A stretch of 58,699 bases of DNA, the filler included, from Sphacelaria rigidula (lineage: Eukaryota), in assembly GCA_964200075.2 (NCBI GenBank). It is 9 parts of 9 records of this genome, joined end to end, with 100 filler letters (N's around TTAATTAATTAA, not from the genome) between each part and the next. Parts side by side here need not be neighbours in the genome. Positions count along the whole stretch, not along the records: positions 45,735 to 52,167 come from CAXNAA020020098.1; positions 52,268 to 58,699 come from CAXNAA020020099.1; 7 more parts are not named here. The stretch is one strand, 5' to 3'. The position numbers and the translations under genes are program-made. The notes under the pieces were generated by a model, which did no database searches, was not told the origin of the DNA, and saw only the letters and a program-made list of their open reading frames with translations. Positions within the stretch are counted from its first letter, which is position 1; every line of letters starts with the position of its first letter. This document shows, in pieces, positions 48,630 to 58,699 of this stretch.

Positions 48630-51600
48630 ACCGTCGTTTCCCGCAAAGAAATGCAATCTCTTCGCTGCTTTCGACAACAGCTCCATACAAGCTTGCCCCA
48701 CTTTCGAGCAACTCGCAAGAGATTCCAAGAAAATATCGTACATCATGAACATGCAATCACGCTACTTGCACCACTTCGAGTTACCAAGCAATAGCTAGCG
48801 CCAAGGTCTCAAATCTTCGCCCAAAACAAGTCTCTTGACTCTTCATCGGCACGAAACCGAAAATGTCAGCGAACGTCAAATCCCAGAGCATTCGTGACTC
48901 ATCGCCTCTCTCATCCGACACAAGTTTCTTCTCAATGTACAAGTACGTTCAACACCTGCGCAACGGGGTGCAATAGCCAAATGATACATCATCGTCACGC
49001 TAGAAGGAAATAATGCACCCAACACGTCTAAAACGCACCTGACCTCTTGCTTCTGCAACACCGTAAAAAACGTATGCATCGCATGCCTCCCCGCCGCCAA
49101 AGCTCCAATGCTTCAACTTGCCTTCATTTCATAAAGACAATCAAAGGAAAGCCATGGCTCAAACCGCTTTTCAAGTCATGCATACAAATCCAACGACGGC
49201 GAACGGACCTCGACCTCCGCTATCATTCATCACCCGTGGTACTATCGTTCTCAAACTCTTGTTTTCGAGCAAATCCCAGACATTTCTATATTTCGTTTGG
49301 ATCTTGGACCGTCATATTCCATCCGTGCATCAGCCAAAATGTAGAAATAATTATTCCCTCCACACTCCTGCAGTCCACCTGCACCAGTTCTTCGAACAAA
49401 TGGACGCATCATCCACATGCTCCTTCTGACATGAACGAAAGCTCAACCACGTACTCGTTCAAACACGTGACAATCCATACAAAAACATACCACGGTCAAA
49501 TATCATTGATGAATGCACGCATAATGTCTTAATCTTCAACCAACGGAAGGACTCGCGTCATACCTGCTCACATACGACGAACCTACGCATTTCGTACCTT
49601 TCAGCTCATTTTCACGCTAACAGCAGCAATCCATATATCCTACACTCAGTACGTGCAAACCGCACAAATATGATTCGACTGTGTTCCTGCGCGAACAAAA
49701 TTATACGAGCTTCACTTCATTTTAGCACACAGCAGTATATTGAAAACTGCCCCACCCTAGGTCGTCACCAGATACCATTCATATCAGTACTATTCGAGCA
49801 AACATTCGCACATGCCTGCCAGAATTCCACTCAGCATATGAAAATCCGCACAGACATGCCAATATTTCACTCAGCATATGCGATGCCACTTTCCTCGCAG
49901 CAAACACTATGCATTATCCGTGCCAACCAGATCAGTGCAACACACACATGCCAAATATCCATGTGTACGCCGGAGTTTTACCCTGCACACGCGATACGAT
50001 CATACTCGCTCAACAACCATGTTTCATGCGCAAGCATGACCACAAACCACACAATAACAAGCTGAAATCATCCTCAAAACGATTCGCGAATACCAGTCAT
50101 AATGTGTTTCTTCATTCTCAACAAGCACTCAATCACCACAGCACTTGCTCCTCAACATCAGTACCCCACTCGGCGCTCACCACAACAGCAAATACCTCAG
50201 GTAATACCTTCTTTGTAGTCTTCCAGCCCGCTCCTGAAAAACAGTAGCACTCGAACCACAACCCAGTGCACAGCGTAGAGCAGCCTTTCCTATCGGACAC
50301 TCCCTCCTTGCATCTTCAGTCCAGCTTCACCTGGCACCCCCATGGTGTAGCTCAACACGCCTCTGAAAGGTATATTCGCACCGCCAAACCAATGCGACAG
50401 ATCATCTGCCTCCACAGATACTTGGGCAGTATTGAACACCTGTGCTTCAGTCAGTTTGACAGAGGAAACCAGAGAAAAAACGGGAAGAGCTGCACAGTCC
50501 CGAACAGCAACACCTCCTGATGGCACACTATCCTCCTCAAACACCCCGCGGCGAAACAGTGGAGACACCTCCGCCATCGCCGCCAAATACGCCAAAGCTG
50601 TCCATGCAAACAGCAATGCACACGACCACCCCAACACCACGCGACGCTCGTCGTCGCGGGCAGAATAGTGATCGGTAACAGCATCACAAGCCTGCAGCTC
50701 GCTCTGCGTACCCGCTTCACGCGGGTCACACGCCCCTGTTGTTTCGATAATGCAAGGCGTGTCCACAGCCACGCGCTGCTCAGGCGGGAATTCCGCCAAC
50801 CCGGCATCCACCTGTCCTTCAAGCAGACACCCCTGCGAATCATCTGAACAATCTCTCGCCCTGTCACTGGCGCAGATAGATTCACCATGAGCACGGCAAG
50901 CTCCTTGCTCACCCTGCTCGCTCGCCATACGCGAATAACACCCCCCTGCAGCTTCGAGCATGCAAGGAGTATCTCCAGCTACGCGCTGGTCCGGCGGCAA
51001 CAAGTAACTAGGACCTCCGCCCACCAGTACTTGCTCGTTGGCCCATGTAGGCCCCGCTCTCTCAACATCGCCAGCAGCAGCAGCAGTATCATCCATACTC
51101 GCTACAGCCGCCACCTTCTGTCCGGCTTGCTCCTTGACGGCAATCGCTGCAACGCCTGTAGCCCTCTCGTGACTGCGCACTCGGACAGGCCTATGTTGTG
51201 TCGCCTTCTTGCCCGTCCAAATGCCGTGCCTGTCTCCATCGCCGCCCACCTTCACCCTATCTTGCACCACACTCGGCGATGCATAAGATGCATGCTTGCG
51301 CAGCGCAAAGAGCAGCTTATCTTGCCCAACATCATTCGCACCATCCAAAAATGTGTCACATAGACAGTATTCGATATGTGCGGGCATGAGGTCAGAGACC
51401 TCTGGCTCCTCAACAACGTGCCAAGGTGCTTGACGCTCGTTCGTTACGTGCACCTCACGAAGGTAGTCCTCATAGTTCCACAGAAACTGAGCAGATTTTT
51501 CACTGGAGAACTTGCGACCGTAGTGGGGCATATCCGGAAATCGTACACGGACAGCGCGACCATCGATGACAACATATTGTTGCGGCGCACGAACAACATG

Positions 51601-51693
51601 GCCGTCCACCGCGATATACTCCTGCACCTCGTACATTTCGGTCAGCAGTACAGCACTCCACGCGCCTTTTTGAAAAACGAAGTCGCCTCCCAC
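48630..51693 (-). pseudogene. Heavily decayed gypsy-like gag-pol remnant
   Basis: 467-aa ORF with gag-like QFLWNYEDYLREV; faint RNase H-like (ELSFMSEGA) and integrase-like (YHLAIAPRCAGVER) traces further down the minus strand. Confidence 0.5.
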
Positions 51694-52323
51694 TCACAAG
51701 ATCAACAACTCTTTCCTTATACCGAGACGCGCTGTACCACCTTACAAAGACAATGGCCACAGCGCCTCTTCCTCACGCAGGTTTCACCACGTGTTTGAAG
51801 TCCTTAGACTCCTCTTCCTGGCCGTACCTGGCCAAGCGTGGAACAAGCAACTCTCGCTGGTTCCACTAGGCAGTACGGTAATTGCGCCGCTTTTTTTTAT
51901 ACGCGCACGGGCTCGCCAGCTGTCGGTCAACCCCCCGCACCTCTCGCACGAGCGATACCACAGCCCACCCTAGCACTGCCTCAGAACCTCCTCGGCTCTA
52001 CTTTTCCAACTCCTCGCGACGTTAACACGCCTTGACCTGGTCTCGTTTGCTGCAAACTGATCAGGCCTGCAGACTTCCCTATCTTGTAATGTCAGCTGCT
52101 TTTCAGCGGACCCACCACCTCAGCGGACTTAATGAACGTTCATTATAGACCTCTGTCACTCAAGATCNNNNNNNNNNNNNNNNNNNNNNNNNNNNNNNNN
52201 NNNNNNNNNNNTTAATTAATTAANNNNNNNNNNNNNNNNNNNNNNNNNNNNNNNNNNNNNNNNNNNNGACGGCAGTCTCCCCCCGTAGGTCTCTGACCAC
52301 TCTAGCGATACGCCTTCCTTACA

Positions 52324-53990
52324 ACAACACCATTTCGTGTCGCTTGTTTGACGGAGAACAAGTTCCGCCCCAAGCCAGGCATGACCAAACATGAAATCTG
52401 AACCAGGCGTTTGACCCCTTCGCTGTCTCGGATGTGTCCGCGGAGCAGTCCTTTACCAATCCCTGCCAGTTGATGCCCCCCTGCGGTGGTGATCGTACGC
52501 GGGGTCGCCAGTTCTTGATAGTTGTGGAGTTTATACCGTAGCCCCGGGATGAGGGTATCGTCGAAGTAATGTCCCGACGCACCACTGTCTACCATGACAC
52601 TGACATGGCTATTTCTACCCTCAGTCCACTTATCAAGGGCGGGTCCTGCTGCGAGAGCCGTCCCACCATCAGCATCTGTGATTCCGCCAAACGTTTTAGC
52701 GGTGTCGTCGAGGTTCGACGTGGCCCGGGGGTATAATGAGTTCCCGAGCATCAACCAGACGTAGTGGACTACGGCTACTACGGCCAGCGCGCGCACTAGT
52801 GGGGAAAGTGTCTCCCTGATTCTCCGCAGTACGTTGCGAGCTCTGCGCCAGAACCTCGGACCCCCGGCCTCCTCTCCGTCGGCCCCTTCGAAGGCGCCGA
52901 AGAGGCCATTGCTGTCAAAAGAAGCAACGGGTTTGTTCGTTGGAGCGAAAGGTCAAAGGTTGTCCGCTTGGGGATGGTTCGCTTTGGGCGCTTTTAGGGC
53001 ATTGAAGGAGATGGCGGGAGGGGGCTCCCTTGTACCGGTGGCTGGTGGATACCCTGAGCATTGTGCGAAATCGGCTGTCTGCTGGTTGCGCTGTTGCAAG
53101 GAACGGCACTCTTCTTCGCTGTGGGTTGTTGACCTGTGGAAAGGGCACCACTTGCCTACATTCCCATTGTTTCCCCCGTCCTGACCGTCTACCCCTGTCA
53201 GCGCTCGGGTCGCACTTCGGGCGGGGCAATTTCTCCTAACGTGACCTTGCTTTCCGCAGTGGTAGCATGTTACTTTCTTTATTCTACCGTCAGCATTCCG
53301 TCCACTAGCCTGAATAGCAACCCCGCGGCCTGCGACCGAGTTGGTGGCGTCCGGTCGTGAAAGGTAGTCAGCATACATGGTGCTGACCATGTATCTGAGG
53401 TCCGACAAATTAGAATCGCGCCCTCTCACAGCTAGCAATGCGGACCCTATCGTACTCGGCAGGTAAGGCTCGAAGGATAATGTCCTCATATCGTTCGTCA
53501 GGCACGGACTGCCCCATTTCCTCTAGGCGGTCACGGTAGCCATCCATGACAAACAAAAAATCGTCCGGATCATACCCTGACTGCATCGTCGTATTGTGGA
53601 GCTTATCATGGAATTCCCTGCGTGCCTCCTTTGTGTTGCCGTCATATTTTTCTTGCAGCGCTGCACACGCTGCGTGGCCATTACCAACCCCGTCCTCCTC
53701 GGTTTTCCCATGAAACGTCTCACGGTATTGTTCGCTGATTTTTCGGTGGTGAAAAATAAGATGCTGAACAGGTGATTGTTTGCGCGATTCCAAGCCAGTG
53801 AAGCTGCCGTATCACGGGTTGATGGTTCATCACCGATTACGGTGTGTGCGGGTCGCTGCCGCCCCTGCAGAACTTCTGCGGCCGCATTATGGTGGAGGGA
53901 GAGGACCACTCGTAGTTTATCTTGGTACTCTCGGAAACTAGCCTTGTCTCTGCCATCAAATTTTATACCCACCACGATAGCGGCCCCCAC
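52324..53990 (-). pseudogene. Frameshifted Ty1/copia gag-protease, interrupted by an LTR insertion at 52323
   Basis: KFDGRDKASFREYQDK; ALQEKY; IILRALPAEYD; CYHCGKQGHVRRNC; WCPFHRSTTHSEEEC; MVDSGASGHY; RNLFSVKQAT. Confidence 0.9.
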
Positions 53991-54561
53991 AACGCCACGT
54001 CACTTGGGCACCTTGACAGGTTCAGATAGATAGTCCATGTACAAGACGTTACACAAACTGCACACGGTTGTGCAGGCACGGAAAGTTTTCTTTCCGGAAA
54101 AGGATCCGACCACTGACTGTTCCTGTTTCCGCAGGTCAGCCATGGTGCTGCACACGCTACTGTCGTCTCCTCAAAGAATTGATCACACGCCCTACTCGGT
54201 TCAGGTTGTGGTACCCTGCTGTAGCGCCAGTCGAGAGTAGATGCGTTTGTCACAGTTGCAGAGCTACTCCTGTTCACCTGCGGTTGTCCCGCTTTTTCAA
54301 AAACTTGTCACTTCGTATCACAGCGATCTTCGCACTGCGATGTTGCCAGGTGCGCACAAAGTGAGTGCCGTCCTCAATCGTAACGCAACGCACTGTTGTA
54401 GTGCCAGACGCACACAGTGCCGTCTTCCTTTGACGCAACTCACGCTTTTTTCCAGGAAAGATAATATGTCCTTTTGCTGCTGCCCTTCCTTCCTTCCTTC
54501 CTTCCTTCCAAGGTCCAACATCCGCTCCGTCAGCACCAACACGATCGAGGCTCAGCAAACC

Positions 54562-54735
54562 TGTTAGAGGATTCACTCGGAACCCCTTTGTCGTGGTGGC
54601 TAGAGTTGGCGCAATGGCGGCTAAGCCAAGCAGGCAAATAGACTGCTTTGGAGTGCAGACAGAGATAGTGTTCAAGGCGCCGCTTATGGGCAGGACAAAT
54701 ACAAACAACCCAAACCGGTACCTGCGATCCCAACA
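54562..54735 (-). repeat. 5' LTR (174 bp) of the contig 9 copia element
   Basis: Minus strand TGTTGGGAT...CCTCTAACA, followed directly by GGTTTGCTGAGCC, resembling the GGTTATGRGCCC half-tRNAiMet PBS of copia elements. Confidence 0.7.
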
Positions 54736-55520
54736 CTACGTATACATAAAGTCAATACCATACGAAGCGTTGAAGAGCATGACCCCACAGCCTCATTTTC
54801 TAGCAAAGTTCTCATTTTTATTTTCAATTTTGTTTTCAGTACACGACCTGCCGTCCGCGGTTGCCTTCCTTTTTATCGCGAGAAGAAGGGTTCAGCGATA
54901 CCTTTCCCTCGTCGAGCGCGTGAGGTCGAATATGGTGTTCCCACGACGTGGTCGCTCTCTGTGTGCACTGGTAGTGTCCAGGACGTGTGGTGGCGATATT
55001 CTCGGTGTGTTAGAGGCCAAAAACCGAGTCGAATGTCCCTCCTCCAAAAGTAGAAAATATGAAATATTCCCCCTCCCCGAATGACAACCATTTATTTATA
55101 ATTACAGCAGGCTGGTTCACGCGAAAGGCCCCAAATTCTGTCATCAGCAAATGCCTTCCGCAATACACACCCAATAGTCGCATACATGGTATCATGCTGA
55201 CCGCAATGAAGAGACGAAGAGGGTGACACAGCCGGATTTTGGTTTGAGGCTGAAGCCGTGGTGCTACGGACAGAAATTCGTCTCGACCAATCAGCACCTT
55301 TCAAAATGCTCTGAAATTTAAAACACGAATTCCAAGCTCAATTTCCCCCGAATCTTCAGATACTTGTAACCGCAGTAGCCATCCTCAGCTCGGAAATCTA
55401 ACGGGAGAAACAGGTTTGAAAACGGTCCCAACAGGGTCGAATTATACCCGAAACCGCTGTTTCGGTGATGATGTGGAGTTTTGGCGTCGTCTTATTTCCA
55501 CTCATCATGATACTCGTACG

Positions 55521-55861
55521 TGTAGACTTCTGTCACTCAAGATCAGATTGCCATGTGGACTCCTCCCATCACGGGCACATGGACCTCAGCAGCTTTAGTT
55601 ATCTATGTATAAACTATCAGCATAGTACAGGAGAACGGGACCATAACCTCTCTCCACCAGAGTGACAAAATCAAGCCTACTCGCAATGGAGGTCACCATC
55701 ACATAGTCCGGCAATCAGACCCGCAACTCCACCTACAAACGTCCCTAGCCTTAGGTAACAATGATGGCTAGAGTCTACAGCACCCCCAAAGCTCTCTACT
55801 ACCAACAAGTAGTTAGATCAGAGCTTGACAAAGTCAGACATCGTTGGTGCTTGTCGTGAGG
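55521..55861 (+). repeat. LTR (55521-55843) plus tRNA PBS TGGTGCTTGTCGTGAGG (55845-55861)
   Basis: Starts TGTAGAC; the PBS complement CCTCAC-GACAAGC-A-CCA has tRNA 3'-end architecture (elongator Met-like T-stem CTCAC). Confidence 0.8.
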
Positions 55862-55961
55862 AAGGAAGATAGAGAGGCGTTATTTGTTCCCACAGACAAC
55901 TTTGGGGCAGGTTGGCTTACAGATCATCCGATCTGTCCACGGGGAATGCTCCCATAGCTCT

Positions 55962-56069
55962 GGGAAGATTGGTGTACAGACTGGTCTACCCTAGCTCGGG
56001 AAGATTAGTGTACAGACAGGCGTACTCTACCTGGGGAAGAGTAGTGTACAGATTGGTGTGCCCTAGTGC
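55962..56069. repeat. 36-bp tandem repeat, 3 diverged copies
   Basis: GGGAAGA..RGTGTACAGA starts at 55962, 55998 and 56034. Confidence 0.85.
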
Positions 56070-58549
56070 CGGGGAGGCGAAACGCCTTCCCGGGTCGAGT
56101 TCAAAAATAGGTTGCTCTATCGTGCCTCATGCACCCCTCGTTCACTCTTGAGCTACCCTTCAAGCCGGACCATCTGTTCCTACTGTTCATCATTAGTGAG
56201 AACAGTGTGCTGGGCGATCAAGGGAATAATCAGTGAGAGTAAAAAAGATATCAAGCCTTTGAGCTCCCTTTGTTTGTTGCTACAGTGACCAACAGTCACG
56301 TGAATCTGCACGTGTGCATTTGCAGCTTGTTTTACTCGGACACCCGGTGCGTTTGCGCACCTACTCAAGCTTGCAGCACATTGATTATAGCTAGGAAGGT
56401 GTGGAACCTGTCTATACCCCTCTCTATATCACACTGGCGTCCGACTAATTGGCCGTGTCTTGCTTGGTTTTTCAGTAGCCGACACGTATTCTCATGGCCT
56501 TGTTGCCTTGTCTAGCTGTCCCTTTCTGTAGCCCCCGTTTGCTGCTCCTCACGTTTGGTTCATCTGTATTTTGACCCCCCCAGTTAGTAGCAGTTCCAAC
56601 AGTCCTTCGGTTGCGTTTACCTTTTAGAGTGCTTTTCTTTTCCTGTACTACAGTGCTGCCTCTCTGCATTTCTTTCCGTTGCATTTCCGCCGCAGCAGCA
56701 ACGATTGCAAGCTGCCATTTGTCCCTCTCTTGTTTGGGTCGCTCATTTTGTTGGGCGACACTCTTGCTTTGCAGTGCCCTTGTTCTATTGTCATCGTCCT
56801 TTTCAACCCCGCCCAACGTTGTGTCAACTGGGTTGTTGTAAAACCTCTACGAACAGTTGACACTATCCCTTACTGAACCGTTACAGAACACGCCGCTTCT
56901 CTCTTACGGTGACATCGACTGTACCTTTTCTCCTTGCGGACGTTGCCACTTTTGTGCCGCTGCTGTGCTTATAGTGTGGTGTCCTTTTACTCTTGACACT
57001 GACTACTTTAGTGTATTCATACTTTTTCGGCGCGACAATTGCGTAGTCACAACTACCGCAGCACGGTTATGGTAGTCGCGACTGCCGCTCCGGCGTGCAG
57101 AGTACTGTCGCGCACACCATTTGTTCTTTCGCGCGATAATCTGCACCAACCTTATTGATGCATTCGGTGCTGTCATCTTTCGTCGCACCTCTCATCAGGT
57201 TTCTATCACACCTCCGCCCCGCTACTGCATTTTTCGCTGGGTGAGCACTACGTGGTCAACTTTTCACCTTTGGGTTGTGCATTCCCCGCCGCGCTCTTCA
57301 ATTTTCTGCGAGTACTGGTGACTACATAATATATATATTTTATCTTTCGCACGGGTACTACATACACGTTTTTTGTTCTCTTCCTTTAGCCTTGGACAGC
57401 GTGTTCCACTTTTCCGCCTTTGGTGCTCCACCACCTGGATCGCTTAACGATTCCCTGATTTCTTGTTTGAAATTTTTCGCATTCCCCTGTAGTTTTTTTC
57501 CGCTTGGCACCTGACCTGCACCAACAACTCGTGTTTCAGTCGATTGCCACAGCTGTCTTGTCTTGGACCCCTGCACTTGAGTTCTCTGCTTCGCACCCTC
57601 GTTGCCGCACTTTGGATTCTCTTTCTGTCTTGACTTTCACAGATATTTACACATCGCCTCCCTTTTAGCAACGTATTCTACACTAGTATTGGTGCCTCCT
57701 TCCGCGGTCCCGAGTGGTGTTCTTTTTCTACACCTCCTGTGTGCGGTATTTTACTTGCACCACTGCAATACCCTTCTCCAGCGTGTGCCTGGTCACTACG
57801 TATACCTGTCATCTTTGCCGTGCACAGCGCGCCCGTAGGACATTTGCCCGGGTGTCTGTCTCCTTTCACAGTCGCCTATTTGTTAGGTTTTACTCTCGCA
57901 CCAAATCCCTTCGTGCGACCACTATTGGGTTTATCTGGGTTTATCTGTGAGTTTGTTCCCTTGCGGCTATTTACGCCTTTGGTACACCCTCCGTGCGCCC
58001 CCCCCTACTCCCCCATATGCAGTTTTCTCTAGAGGTGTCTTATTTCCGCCGCAGATTTTCCCTTTTCGGCGCTTAATAATCTCCACCTTTTTGCTCTGCT
58101 GTGTGCCTTTTGGCACTTGGAATTGCCGTGATTACGCTGATTGTTATTATCACAGCAGTCTACTCTAGTTTGATGTAACTCCGTTTCTAAAATTCTGTAG
58201 TCTTTACTGCTTAATTTTTCTTTTTTTTCGGTACTTACAATCTCCTGCCGAGTCTACACTACCTGCTATTATTATACCAAAACCTTTGTACTCTTGTGTC
58301 TGACGTCTATTTCTACTTCTTCGCTTTAATATGGCGCAACCACAGAAAATAACTTTCCCCTCGGCCTTGCCTACTTACGAATCTTTACGCCGTCAGCGTT
58401 TGCTTTCATCACTCCCTTCAAAACCAAAACCCTTCACTATTACTTCCCCCTGTACACGAAGAAGTGAAATCCGACAGAGCTTCGACTTGCAGCTCTGGCG
58501 ACTACACGTCTCAAGACGTAGCTGCTGCTGGTGCCGACGATCGCCATCT

Positions 58550-58699
58550 GCCCAAGACTCCCGGCATTATCGACGAGTCGCTCCGCGCTCGCTCTGTCGC
58601 GGATCGTTCATTGCCCAAGACTCCCGGCATTATCGACGAGTCGCTCCGCGCTCGCTCTGTCGCGGATCGCTCATTGCCCAAGACTCCCGGCACTATCGA
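58550..58699. repeat. 63-bp minisatellite, at least 2.4 near-identical copies running off the contig end
   Basis: GCCCAAGACTCCCGGCA starts at 58550, 58613 and 58676. Confidence 0.95.

Noticed and set aside
55962..56069. 36-bp periodic repeat as a CRISPR array
   Set aside because: The whole unit is homologous between copies, there are no unique spacers and no cas genes, and the context is eukaryotic.

Overview
The window is not one locus. It is nine unrelated contigs of about 6.43 kb (1-6434, 6535-12968, 13069-19502, 19603-26035, 26136-32568, 32669-39101, 39202-45634, 45735-52167, 52268-58699), ordered by length and joined by artificial 100-nt spacers (44 N + TTAATTAATTAA + 44 N). Eight contigs look like repeat-rich nuclear DNA of a eukaryote, probably a brown alga or other stramenopile (inferred from a 5S rRNA-like copy, TTAGGG-type repeats and spliceosomal exons). 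They hold decayed Ty3/gypsy, Ty1/copia and LINE elements, many MITEs, a tRNA-Met, tRNA-like SINE heads and one exon of a class-IV aminotransferase. Contig 2 stands out: an AT-rich, intact, circularly permuted Ty1/copia element (6368-bp unit, one putative LTR). It has (i) no tRNA primer-binding site, but a perfect 15-nt complement between the probable transcript 5' end and the bases right after the LTR, the geometry of Tf1-type self-priming; (ii) gag and pol in frame, separated only by UGA-CAA-AUU-AUG, suggesting stop-codon readthrough; and (iii) an integrase with no recognisable HHCC finger. All calls come from reading the sequence; no searches or computations were run.
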